Made by a program: the position numbers and the translations under genes | In this document: piece after piece, positions 18,131 through 27,582 of the stretch | Layout: each line of letters opens with the position of its first letter | Numbering within the stretch: position 1 is the stretch's first letter | Assembly (NCBI GenBank): GCA_045592745.1 | Contig: JAZNVH010000009.1 | Coordinates: 19-64,018, forward strand | DNA: 64,000 nt | Reading direction: 5' to 3' | From: Candidatus Aphodoplasma sp. | GTDB lineage: Bacteria; Bacillota; Clostridia; UBA1381; UMGS1253 | The notes under the pieces: model-generated | What the model was told of the DNA's origin: nothing | Database searches by the model: none | What the model saw: the letters and a program-made list of their open reading frames with translations, nothing else

Positions 18131-20647
18131 ATGAAACAATATCTTACACAAAAAATTCAAAAGAGCGAGCGTATAGATAAGCTTGTTGAAGGGCTTTTTG
18201 CAAACGCTCCCGAAATTGAAACGGATCGTGCGGTGTTGCTTACAGAAAGCTATAAGCAGACCGAGGGTGAGCCGATTATAACAAGACGTGCAAAGGCGTT
18301 TTATCATATTTTGAAAAACATTCCTGTTACAATACGTCCTAATGAGCTTATTGTCGGCAGCGCTACAAAGGCTCCGAGAAGTTGTCAGCTTTTTCCGGAG
18401 TTTTCGTGCGAGTGGCTACTAGGTGAGCTTGATACAATAGCTGACCGTGACGCAGACAAGTTCTATGTTTCGGAAGAAAACAAAAAGATTATCCGTGAAA
18501 CATATAAGTATTGGATTGGTAAAACAACGAGCGACCTTGCTTCAGAGTTTATGTCAGATGAGGCTAAGCTTGCTATTGAGCATAACATTTTTACACCGGG
18601 CAACTATTTTTATAATGGTATAGGACACGTTACTGTAAATTATGGTAAGGTGCTTAAAATAGGTTATAAGGGTATTATGCAGGAGGCGGCAACGGAGCTT
18701 GCTCGCTGTGACGTGGGCGATGCTAACTATGTAACAAAGAGCCACTTTTTGAAGGCTGTTATATTAAGCTGCGAGGCTGCAATTCTCTATGCAAAGCGTT
18801 ACAGTGCACTCGCAAAAGAGATGGCAGCAAAGGAAACTAGTCCGACTCGCAAAGCAGAGCTTGAACAGATTGCTAAAAACTGTGACAGAGTACCCGAAAA
18901 CGGCGCGCAGAGCTTTTATGAAGCTTGTCAGTCGTTCTGGTTTGTTCAGATGCTTATACAGACAGAGTCAAGTGGACACTCGATTTCACCGGGACGTTTT
19001 GATATGTATATGTATCCTTATTATGAAAAGGATATAAAGAGTGGCAAGATTACAATAGAGCAGGCGCAGGAGTATATCGACTGCTTATGGGTAAAACTCA
19101 ACGATTTGAGCAAGGCGCGTGACGCCGCTTCGGCAGAAGGCTTTGCAGGTTACAGTATGTTCCAGAATCTTATCTGTGGCGGACAGGACTCGAGCGGCGT
19201 TGATTCGACAAATGATTTGTCATTTATGTGTATAGAAGCATCAATGCATGTCTTCCTTCCACAGCCGTCTTTGTCAATCCGTGTACATAGCAGAACTCCT
19301 CAGGAGCTTATGTTAAAGGCTGCTGAGCTTACACGTACAGGTATTGGACTTCCGGCATATTACAACGACGAAGTTATTATACCTCAGCTTATAAGCAGAG
19401 GGCTTAAAGCAGAGGATGCGCGTGACTATAATATTATAGGATGCGTTGAGCCGCAAAAATCTGGCAAAACAGATGGCTGGCACGATGCAGCGTTCTTTAA
19501 TATGCTCCGCCCGCTTGAACTTGTTTTCAGCAACGGCGTATCAAACGGAAAGCAGATAAGTATAAAAACCGGCGATGTTTGCAATATGCAGACATTTGAA
19601 GAGTTTTATGATGCATATAAAAAGCAGATGGACTATATGGTAAAGCTTATGGTTAACTCTGACAACGCTATTGACGTTGCACATAGTCTTCGTGCACCGC
19701 TTCCGTATCTTTCGTCTATGATAGAAGATTGCATCGGTCGTGGCAAGAGCGCTCAGGAAGGCGGAGCGATTTACAACTTTACCGGACCGCAGGGCTTTGG
19801 TATATCAAACATGGCTGACGCACTTTATGCGGTAAAGAAGCTTGTATATGACGAGAAGAAGTTTACAATGAAGCAGCTTAAAGAAGCGCTTGAGCACAAC
19901 TTTGGTAAGGGAGCGGCTGATGAGGCTGTTCTTACAGAAAAAATTGTTCGTGAGCTTGTGAAAAATGGTGCTAAGGCTGATGAAGAGCTTGTAAAACGCG
20001 TATACAATGAAGTAAGTGCCAGTGCAAAAGGCGGAAATAACGAATACTCAAAGATTCATGATATGATAGAGTCTGTTAATAAATTCGGTAATGATATAGA
20101 CGAGGTTGACGCATTTGCGCGCGATGTTGCCTATACTTACACAAAACCGGTTGAAAAATATAAAAACCCCCGTGGCGGAATTTACCATGCAGGACTTTAT
20201 CCTGTCTCGGCAAATGTGCCGCTTGGAAAACAGACCGGTGCAACTCCTGACGGACGTTATGCCGAGATGCCGATTGCTGATGGCGTTTCGCCTGCTGCCG
20301 GACGTGATGTTCAGGGCCCGACTGCTGCGGCAAACTCGGTGGCAAAGCTTGACCACTTTGTAGCATCAAACGGAACATTGTTTAATATGAAGTTCCATCC
20401 GTCAGCGCTTGCAGGACAGAGCGGACTTGAAAGCTTTGTTGCACTCGTTCGTGGATACTTTGATCAGAAGGGAAGCCATGTGCAGTTTAACGTAGTAAGC
20501 AGAGAAACGCTTCTTGATGCACAGAAGCATCCTGAAAAATATAAGAGTCTTGTTGTTCGTGTTGCAGGATACAGTGCGTTGTTTACAACACTTTCGCGCT
20601 CCTTGCAGGACGACATTATAAGACGTACAGAGCAGAAAAAGTTTTAG
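18131..20647 (+). CDS. Glycyl radical enzyme, B12-independent 1,2-propanediol dehydratase
   Basis: GCVEP Cys loop and RVAGY glycyl motif; GIGHV, EGFAGY and YPVSANV residues typical of diol dehydratases; located in a BMC locus. Confidence 0.9.
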   Translation: MKQYLTQKIQKSERIDKLVEGLFANAPEIETDRAVLLTESYKQTEGEPIITRRAKAFYHILKNIPVTIRPNELIVGSATKAPRSCQLFPEFSCEWLLGELDTIADRDADKFYVSEENKKIIRETYKYWIGKTTSDLASEFMSDEAKLAIEHNIFTPGNYFYNGIGHVTVNYGKVLKIGYKGIMQEAATELARCDVGDANYVTKSHFLKAVILSCEAAILYAKRYSALAKEMAAKETSPTRKAELEQIAKNCDRVPENGAQSFYEACQSFWFVQMLIQTESSGHSISPGRFDMYMYPYYEKDIKSGKITIEQAQEYIDCLWVKLNDLSKARDAASAEGFAGYSMFQNLICGGQDSSGVDSTNDLSFMCIEASMHVFLPQPSLSIRVHSRTPQELMLKAAELTRTGIGLPAYYNDEVIIPQLISRGLKAEDARDYNIIGCVEPQKSGKTDGWHDAAFFNMLRPLELVFSNGVSNGKQISIKTGDVCNMQTFEEFYDAYKKQMDYMVKLMVNSDNAIDVAHSLRAPLPYLSSMIEDCIGRGKSAQEGGAIYNFTGPQGFGISNMADALYAVKKLVYDEKKFTMKQLKEALEHNFGKGAADEAVLTEKIVRELVKNGAKADEELVKRVYNEVSASAKGGNNEYSKIHDMIESVNKFGNDIDEVDAFARDVAYTYTKPVEKYKNPRGGIYHAGLYPVSANVPLGKQTGATPDGRYAEMPIADGVSPAAGRDVQGPTAAANSVAKLDHFVASNGTLFNMKFHPSALAGQSGLESFVALVRGYFDQKGSHVQFNVVSRETLLDAQKHPEKYKSLVVRVAGYSALFTTLSRSLQDDIIRRTEQKKF

Positions 20648-20716
20648 TTTGTTTAGCGCACAGGGACGTATAAGCTGACATTTATACATCTTTGTATGGG
20701 AAATGGAGAAAGTTTA

Positions 20717-21508
20717 ATGCAAAACGAAATTAATCAGACAGGACGAATATTTGACATACAGCGTTTTTCGGTGCATGACGGCCCGGGTGTGCGCACAATA
20801 GTGTTTTTAAAAGGTTGTCTTTTAAGGTGTAGATGGTGCTGTAATCCCGAGTCACAAAACTATAAGATTGAACAGATGGCACTTGCGGACGGTGGCACAA
20901 AAACCGTTGGACGTGATGTTACTGTCGGTGAGGTTTTGGCTGAGGTTCAAAAAGATGCTGTATATTATCGTCGTTCGGGCGGAGGAGCAACGCTTTCGGG
21001 CGGTGAATGTCTTTGCCAGGCGGATTTTACACATGCGCTTTTAAAAACCTTTAAGGCTAATTCGATAAATACGGCGATTGAAACAACACTTTGCGCTGAT
21101 TACGCTGTGATAGAAAGAATTATTCCGTATACAGACACATTTTTGGTTGATGTGAAGCATACTAACTTTGAAAAACACAAAGAATTTACAACACGTTCAA
21201 ATGAGCTTATGCTTGACAACTTACGCCGTCTGTCAAAAGAGGGCAAACACATCATAGTTCGCGTGCCTACGATACCGACGTTCAATGCTACTGCCGAGGA
21301 AATCCGCCAGGTTGCACAGTTTGTGCGTTCGCTTGAAACGGTAAATGAAATGCACCTTTTGCCATATCACAACTTTGGTAGCGACAAGTATAAAAATCTT
21401 GGGCGCGACTATCTTATGAAGGACATACAAACTCCGAGTGATGAGCATATGCAAATGCTTAAAGAGGTTGTTATATCGGAAGGAATTAAGTGCCAGATTG
21501 GCGGCTAA
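20717..21508 (+). CDS. Glycyl-radical enzyme activating protein (radical SAM)
   Basis: HDGPGVRT and GCLLRCRWCCNPES (CxxxCxxC); SGGE; no ferredoxin insert. Confidence 0.93.
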   Translation: MQNEINQTGRIFDIQRFSVHDGPGVRTIVFLKGCLLRCRWCCNPESQNYKIEQMALADGGTKTVGRDVTVGEVLAEVQKDAVYYRRSGGGATLSGGECLCQADFTHALLKTFKANSINTAIETTLCADYAVIERIIPYTDTFLVDVKHTNFEKHKEFTTRSNELMLDNLRRLSKEGKHIIVRVPTIPTFNATAEEIRQVAQFVRSLETVNEMHLLPYHNFGSDKYKNLGRDYLMKDIQTPSDEHMQMLKEVVISEGIKCQIGG

Positions 21509-21541
21509 AACATATAACTGCAAAGGAAAGGCAGATGTATT

Positions 21542-21925
21542 ATGGAACCAATAAATTTTTCAAATATGGAAATACATGACAAAATGCGTATTATACAAGA
21601 GCTGGTACCGGGTAAGCAGATAACTCTTGCACACATAATTGCAAATCCCGACAGAATTCTTTACAAAAAACTGGGACTTGATCCGGCGGTTGATTATTCA
21701 AAGGCGGCAATTGGAATTGTGACAATGTCACCTTCAGAAACTGCAATTATTGCGGCGGATATTGCTACAAAGGCATCGGGCATAGAAATTGGTTTTGTTG
21801 ATCGTTTCAGCGGTACACTCATTGTAACTGGTACAGTGTCGGAGGTTGATGCTGCGCTAAAGGCTCTTTGTGATTATGTAAAGGAAGTATTGGGCTTTTC
21901 AGTTTGCCCTATAACGAGAACATAA
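21542..21925 (+). CDS. Permuted BMC shell protein, EutS/PduU family
   Basis: RIIQELVPGKQITLAHII and FVDRFSGTL motifs. Confidence 0.92.
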   Translation: MEPINFSNMEIHDKMRIIQELVPGKQITLAHIIANPDRILYKKLGLDPAVDYSKAAIGIVTMSPSETAIIAADIATKASGIEIGFVDRFSGTLIVTGTVSEVDAALKALCDYVKEVLGFSVCPITRT

Positions 21926-21926
21926 T

Positions 21927-22376
21927 ATGAAAAAGATGATACTTGTTGGCAGAAGTGAGTGCGGAAAAACTACGCTTACCCAAGCCTTAAAAGGTGAAAA
22001 AATTGATTATCACAAAACTCAATACATAAATTATTACGATGTTTTAATTGACACACCCGGAGAATATGCTGAAAATGCTACGCTTGGCAGAGCGCTTGCC
22101 CTTTATGCTTATGAGGCAGATGTGATTGGGATGCTTGTAAGTGCGACAGAGCCGTATTGCTTGTATCCACCGTGCTGCACAGCACAGGTAAACCGCGAGG
22201 TTATTGGAATAGTAACACAGATTGACCATCCTGATGCAAATGTGGAGCGTGCGACGTCGTGGCTTGAGCTTGCGGGCTGTGAATTGATTTTCCCGGTTTC
22301 ATCGACTACGGGAGAAGGCATTCAGGATTTGATAGATTATCTTGCTATCGACAGAAAACCACAAAAATTCAGATAA
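21927..22376 (+). CDS. EutP/PduV microcompartment P-loop protein
   Basis: GRSECGKTTL, YHKTQ and IDTPGEY motifs. Confidence 0.92.
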   Translation: MKKMILVGRSECGKTTLTQALKGEKIDYHKTQYINYYDVLIDTPGEYAENATLGRALALYAYEADVIGMLVSATEPYCLYPPCCTAQVNREVIGIVTQIDHPDANVERATSWLELAGCELIFPVSSTTGEGIQDLIDYLAIDRKPQKFR

Positions 22377-22403
22377 AAACCACATAAAATCTAACAGAAA
22401 ATA

Positions 22404-22483
22404 CAAAAACAAAAATAAATTTATCAAAAAACACAGAAAAACACAGAATTTTTATTGACAAACACAGAAAAAATATGTATAAT
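22404..22483 (+). promoter_or_regulatory. SigA promoter of the second BMC operon, overlapped by ACACAGAA direct repeats
   Basis: TTGACA(22455)-17 bp-TATAAT(22478); ACACAGAA at 22431, 22441 and 22462. Confidence 0.8.
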
Positions 22484-22539
22484 AAAATTGCGGATAAAAA
22501 ATAACATATAACAATAATGATAGAAGGAGTGATTTTGAT

Positions 22540-23340
22540 ATGGTATCAGAATACGAAATCAAAAAAGAAATTTGTGAAATCGGAAAAAGAATTTATAACA
22601 GAGGCATGGTTGCTGCAAATGACGGTAACATTTCTGTTAAGCTTTCCGATAACGAATTTTTGTGCACGCCTACAGGTGTAAGTAAGGGCTTTATGACTCC
22701 TGAATATATCTGTAAGGTAGATGCAAAGGGTAATGTTATCCAGGCAAACAAGGGTTTCAAGCCTTCATCGGAAATTAAGATGCACATGCGCGTGTATAAG
22801 GAAAGACCCGATGTAAAGAGCGTTGTGCATGCTCATCCTATGTATGCAACAGGCTTTGCTATCGCAGGTATTCCGCTTACACAGCCGATTATGCCCGAGG
22901 CAGTTATCGCTCTTGGCTGTGTACCGATTGCTGAGTACGGCACACCTTCGACAGAGGAAATTCCGGATGCTGTTTCAAAGTATTTGCAGCATTATGATGC
23001 GGTTTTGCTTGAGAATCACGGTGCACTTACATACTCAGATTCACTTCTCAGCGCTTATCACAAGATGGAGTCTGTTGAGTTTTATGCAAAGCTTCTCTAC
23101 ATATCAAAGCAGCTTGGTGGTCCGAAGGAGCTTTCGGAGGCACAGGTTCAGAGATTGTATGAAATAAGAAGACAGTTCGGCATGACAGGTAAGCATCCTG
23201 CAGATATTTGCCCCAACGCTAAAAACGGTAAGGCAAGTTGCCACGCTTGCAGTGGATCCTGTGGAAGCAAAAAATCAGATGCCGATGCTGATATAGTAGC
23301 AGCTATCACAAAGAAAGTACTTGAGCAGCTTGGTAAATAA
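22540..23340 (+). CDS. Class II aldolase (fuculose/rhamnulose-1-phosphate aldolase-like) with C-terminal encapsulation peptide
   Basis: NDGNIS, TPTGVSKG, PSSE, VHAHP and LLENHG motifs; C-terminal IVAAITKKVLEQL helix. Confidence 0.9.
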   Translation: MVSEYEIKKEICEIGKRIYNRGMVAANDGNISVKLSDNEFLCTPTGVSKGFMTPEYICKVDAKGNVIQANKGFKPSSEIKMHMRVYKERPDVKSVVHAHPMYATGFAIAGIPLTQPIMPEAVIALGCVPIAEYGTPSTEEIPDAVSKYLQHYDAVLLENHGALTYSDSLLSAYHKMESVEFYAKLLYISKQLGGPKELSEAQVQRLYEIRRQFGMTGKHPADICPNAKNGKASCHACSGSCGSKKSDADADIVAAITKKVLEQLGK

Positions 23341-23370
23341 GAAACAAAAACGTGTAAGGAGTCTTGAATT

Positions 23371-24573
23371 ATGGATATGAATTCACAAAATATTGAACAA
23401 ATAGTACAAGGCGTTCTTGCCAGACTTCATGAAGAGGGAGCAACAGCAGCATCATCTGCGCCGAAGGCTGTACCTGCTACATCCAAGGCTGCAGTTTTGA
23501 CAAAGCTTGAGAATTATGATATCAAAGAGTTTCCTATTCCCGAACTTGGCGATGACGATATACTTGTAAAAGTGGAGGGCTGCGGTATATGCGGTACTGA
23601 CGCTCATGAGTTTAAGCGTGACCCGTTTTCACTTATCCCTGTTGTACTTGGTCACGAGGGTACAGGCGAAATCGTAAAAATGGGTAAAAACGTAAAAAAA
23701 GACAGCGCAGGCAAGAATCTTAAAGTTGGTGACAAGGTTGTTACATGTATGATTTTTGCTGACGACCCCGATATTACAATGTATGACCTTAACAAACAAA
23801 ACGTTGGTGCAGGTGACATTTACGGTCTTATGCCTGATGATGACATTCACCTTAACGGTTGGTTTGCAGATTACATGGTAATCCGCGGTGGTTCGACAGT
23901 ATTTAACGTAAGCGACCTTAGTCTTGATGAAAGAATTTTGATAGAGCCTTGTGCGGTTTTAATCCACGCAGTAGAGCGTGCAAAGACAACAGGCATACTT
24001 CGTTTTAACAGCAACGTTGTAGTACAGGGCTGCGGTCCTATCGGTCTTATATGTATAGCTGTTTTGCGTACAATGGGTATTGAAAATATCACAGCGGTTG
24101 ACGGCGAACAGAAAAGACTTGATTTTGCACTCAAAATGGGCGCAACAAAGACAGTTAACTTTAAGGATTACAAAGGCGCTGATGAGCTTGCAAATGCAGT
24201 TGCAAACACATTTGATGGCAAGTTTGCAGATTTTGCATTCCAGTGCACAGGTTCACCTATTGCACATAGTAACATCTACAAGTTTGTAAGAAAGGGCGGC
24301 GGTCTTTGCGAGCTTGGCTTCTTTATAAATGGCGGTGACACAACTATCAACCCACACTTTGATATATGCTCAAAAGAGCTTACTTTGGTTGGCTCATGGG
24401 TATACACACTTCGTGATTATGCAACAACATTTGATTTCATGAAGAGAGCGAAGGGTATTGGTATCCCGCTCGGCGACCTTATCACACACAGATTCTCACT
24501 CGACCAGATTAATGAGGCTCACAGAGTAAATCTTAATATGGAAGGTCTTAAAATTGTAATTATAAACGATTAA
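23371..24573 (+). CDS. Zn-dependent alcohol dehydrogenase (probable lactaldehyde reductase) with N-terminal encapsulation peptide
   Basis: GICGTD, LGHEG and GCGPIG motifs; N-terminal NIEQIVQGVLARL. Confidence 0.85.
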   Translation: MDMNSQNIEQIVQGVLARLHEEGATAASSAPKAVPATSKAAVLTKLENYDIKEFPIPELGDDDILVKVEGCGICGTDAHEFKRDPFSLIPVVLGHEGTGEIVKMGKNVKKDSAGKNLKVGDKVVTCMIFADDPDITMYDLNKQNVGAGDIYGLMPDDDIHLNGWFADYMVIRGGSTVFNVSDLSLDERILIEPCAVLIHAVERAKTTGILRFNSNVVVQGCGPIGLICIAVLRTMGIENITAVDGEQKRLDFALKMGATKTVNFKDYKGADELANAVANTFDGKFADFAFQCTGSPIAHSNIYKFVRKGGGLCELGFFINGGDTTINPHFDICSKELTLVGSWVYTLRDYATTFDFMKRAKGIGIPLGDLITHRFSLDQINEAHRVNLNMEGLKIVIIND

Positions 24574-24625
24574 GTTTATAAATTAATAAAAAATTTATAT
24601 AAAAAATTTAAGGAGGAACTAAAAA

Positions 24626-24907
24626 ATGGCACAGGAAGCATTAGGTATGGTAGAAACAAGAGGTCTTGTAGCATCAATTGAGGCTGCAGACGCAATGGTA
24701 AAGGCAGCAGAGGTTGTACTTATCGGAACAGAGAAAATCGGTTCTGGACTCGTAAGCGTAATGGTACGCGGCGACGTAGGTGCAGTTAAGGCTGCTGTTG
24801 AAGCAGGCGGTGTATGCGCATCAAAGCTTGGTGAGCTCGTAGCTACACACGTTATTCCGCGTCCTCACAGTGATGTTGAGAAGATTTTGCCTAAGTTTAA
24901 AGACTAA
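24626..24907 (+). CDS. BMC-H shell protein (PduA/EutM-like)
   Basis: [11 protein letters not shown]...ADAMVKAA...RGDVGAV...HVIPRPH. Confidence 0.96.
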   Translation: MAQEALGMVETRGLVASIEAADAMVKAAEVVLIGTEKIGSGLVSVMVRGDVGAVKAAVEAGGVCASKLGELVATHVIPRPHSDVEKILPKFKD

Positions 24908-24932
24908 TTTAAAATTAGGAAGGTGAACAACT

Positions 24933-25328
24933 ATGGCAGAAAAAAACAAGCCGGCTGAAGCAGTTAATGAAGCTGCTTTGGTCAAAGAAGATGTCAAAGA
25001 AGATATCAAAAAAGATATTAAGGTTAACAAACAGGTAAAGGAGGAAGTAAAAATGGCACAGGAAGCATTGGGAATGGTAGAGACAAGAGGTCTTGTAGCT
25101 GCAATCGAAGCTGCCGATTCAATGGTAAAGGCTGCTAATGTATCACTTATCGGAACAGAGAAAATCGGTTCTGGTCTTGTAAGTGTAATGGTACGCGGCG
25201 ATGTAGGTGCAGTTAAGGCTGCTGTTGAAGCAGGTGCAAACAGCGCATCAAGACTCGGCGAGGTAATCGCATCCCACGTTATTCCGCGTCCTCACGGCGA
25301 CGTTGAGAAGATTTTGCCGACTCTTTAA
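24933..25328 (+). CDS. BMC-H shell protein, paralogue with a possible 40-aa N-terminal extension (second start at 25053)
   Basis: Near-identical to 24626-24907 from ATG 25053; both in-frame ATGs have an RBS. Confidence 0.92.
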   Translation: MAEKNKPAEAVNEAALVKEDVKEDIKKDIKVNKQVKEEVKMAQEALGMVETRGLVAAIEAADSMVKAANVSLIGTEKIGSGLVSVMVRGDVGAVKAAVEAGANSASRLGEVIASHVIPRPHGDVEKILPTL

Positions 25329-25364
25329 TCTTCATAAAAAATTCGGCAGAAATGGGAGATAGTT

Positions 25365-25625
25365 ATGGTTATCGGAAAGGTTATCTCGAGTATAGTTTCA
25401 ACAAGAAAAAATGAAAACCTTATGGGAAGTAAGTTTTTGGTTGTTGAACCGCTTGAAAAAATAGGCGGAAAAAGTTTTGTCGCAGTTGACAATGTTGGCG
25501 CAGGTATCGGTGAAACGGTGCTTGTAGCAACAGGAAGTGCGGCACGCGTAGGTACGGGCATGGAAAATAGTCCTATCGACGCGGTTATTGTCGGAATAGT
25601 TGACGATGCGAGAGGACTGGAGTAA
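25365..25625 (+). CDS. BMC-P vertex protein (EutN/CcmL)
   Basis: GKVISSIVSTRK, VAVDNVGAGIGE and PIDAVIVGIVD motifs. Confidence 0.95.
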   Translation: MVIGKVISSIVSTRKNENLMGSKFLVVEPLEKIGGKSFVAVDNVGAGIGETVLVATGSAARVGTGMENSPIDAVIVGIVDDARGLE

Positions 25626-25631
25626 AAAATT

Positions 25632-26999
25632 ATGGACGTAAGAGAGCTTAAAGCAAAGCTTAAAGAGGCAGGGGTTGTCGGTGCAGGTGGCGCCGGCTTC
25701 CCCACTTACGCCAAATTAGGCGAAGGAATTGATACAGTTATATTAAATTGTGCAGAGTGTGAACCGCTTTTAAGACCGCATCGCTCACTTCTTTTTAAGC
25801 ATACAGGTGAGGTTTTGGAGGGGTTTGATACTTTGCGCGAAAGTGTTGGTGCAAAAAAGGCTATCGTAGGCATAAAACCTTCATACAAGGAAGCTGTATC
25901 GGCACTTAAATCGAATATTGATGAGTTTGAAAACATTGAAATTTCGTATCTGCCGGAGATTTATCCTGCAGGTGACGAGGTTATCTTGATATATGAAACG
26001 ACCGGTCGTGTTGTAGCGGCGGGAGCACTTCCAATTTCGGTAGGTGTATGTGTATTCAATGTAGAAACAGCGTACAATGTATATGGGGCACTTCGTGGCG
26101 AAAATGTAACACACAAATACGTTACGATTGCAGGCGAGGTGAAAAATCCGTGCACGCTCAGATTACCGCTTGGAATGTCGTTTGACGAGGCGGTTTCGCT
26201 TGCGGGCGGGGCGCTGCGCGACGATGTTGTATACATAAGTGGCGGCCCTATGACGGGAAGCATAGTTTCTGCAAATAAAAGAATTGGCAAAACTACAAAT
26301 GCAATTTTAGTTATGCCACCGAATCATAATATTGTAAATAAGAGGAGGGTCAAATCCTCCGTTTCAATAAATCGTGCTATGAGCGCGTGCTGTCAGTGCA
26401 GAATGTGCACTGATATGTGTCCGCGTAATCTGCTTGGTCATCCGATTGAACCGCATAGTTTTATGCTTGCGGCCAAAAACGGCGATGCAACAAAAGTGGA
26501 TGCAGTGCTCAATACCGCATTTTGCTCAGGCTGTGGCATATGTGAGATGTTTGCATGTCCGCAGGGGCTTTCGCCGAGAACTCTTATTTCGGAGTGCAAG
26601 GCTGAGCTTAGAAATGCAGGCGTAAAACCGCCAAAGGTAGAAACAAAGAGCGTAAATGAAATGCGAGATTACGCACGAATTCCTATGTCACGGCTTATAT
26701 CACGTCTTGATTTGACAAAATATAACGTGGATGCACCATTAAATGAGGCTCAACCTTCGGTAAGTAAACTGAAAATTGCACTTTCGCAAAGTATTGGCGC
26801 AGTGCCGACAGTTATTGTCAAGGTGGGTGATAAGGTGAGAGCCGGTCAGTGTGTGGCAAAGGCAGATGAGGATAAGCTTTCGGTAAACCTTCATTCTCCG
26901 ATTGACGGAGTGGTGACAAAGGTTAAGGAAAAGTTTATTGTAATTGAAAAAAGCAATATAAAAAAAGAAGAAAGGGTAGGTGAGCCGACAAATGAATAA
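25632..26999 (+). CDS. PduS/RnfC-like Fe-S flavoprotein
   Basis: GVVGAGGAGFPT, NCAECEP, YPAGDE, GGPMTG; two CxxCxxCxxxCP clusters. Confidence 0.9.
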   Translation: MDVRELKAKLKEAGVVGAGGAGFPTYAKLGEGIDTVILNCAECEPLLRPHRSLLFKHTGEVLEGFDTLRESVGAKKAIVGIKPSYKEAVSALKSNIDEFENIEISYLPEIYPAGDEVILIYETTGRVVAAGALPISVGVCVFNVETAYNVYGALRGENVTHKYVTIAGEVKNPCTLRLPLGMSFDEAVSLAGGALRDDVVYISGGPMTGSIVSANKRIGKTTNAILVMPPNHNIVNKRRVKSSVSINRAMSACCQCRMCTDMCPRNLLGHPIEPHSFMLAAKNGDATKVDAVLNTAFCSGCGICEMFACPQGLSPRTLISECKAELRNAGVKPPKVETKSVNEMRDYARIPMSRLISRLDLTKYNVDAPLNEAQPSVSKLKIALSQSIGAVPTVIVKVGDKVRAGQCVAKADEDKLSVNLHSPIDGVVTKVKEKFIVIEKSNIKKEERVGEPTNE

Positions 27000-27540
27000 A
27001 GCTATTGCAATGGTAGAAACAAGCACGGTTACAACCGGTTTTCTGGCGGCTGACCTTATTATAAAAACGGCGGCAGTAAAGATTATCTTTGCAAAGACAG
27101 TCTGTCCCGGAAAATACCTTATATTATTCAGCGGTGATATAAGCGCCGTTAAAGCGTCGCACGATGCAGCTTGCAAAGCATATGGCTCAAAAGTTGCTGA
27201 CAGTTTTGTACTTGGTAATCCGCACGAATCGATTTTTGATGCAATGCTTGGTGTACCGGGTACGGATGGACTTAAAGCACTTGGAATAATTGAAACATAT
27301 AGCGCGTCAAGCGCTGTAAAGGCTGCAGATATTGCGGCTAAAACTGCGATAGTATCACTAGTTGAGCTTCGCTTGGCAGTTGGTATGTGCGGAAAGTCAT
27401 ATCTTTTGTTTACAGGTGACGTTGCGGCGGTTGAAGCGGCAACTGAGCATGTTAAAAAGGAAATTAAGGAAAGCTCAATGCTTCTTGACTGTGCAGTTAT
27501 TGCAAGTCCGAGCAAGGAGCTGGCAGAATCTATTTTTTAG
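26992..27540 (+). CDS. BMC-T tandem shell protein (PduT-like)
   Basis: Two BMC domains; TVCPGKY motif; follows the PduS-like gene. Confidence 0.9.
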   Translation: MNKAIAMVETSTVTTGFLAADLIIKTAAVKIIFAKTVCPGKYLILFSGDISAVKASHDAACKAYGSKVADSFVLGNPHESIFDAMLGVPGTDGLKALGIIETYSASSAVKAADIAAKTAIVSLVELRLAVGMCGKSYLLFTGDVAAVEAATEHVKKEIKESSMLLDCAVIASPSKELAESIF

Positions 27541-27582
27541 TAGTTTATAGTTTTATATAAATAAAGTTTTGAGGTGACAGAT

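Noticed and set aside
22404-22470. CRISPR-like repeats
   Set aside because: Repeats are 8-16 bp and overlap a promoter, with no spacers or cas genes; I saw no CRISPR array anywhere in the window.
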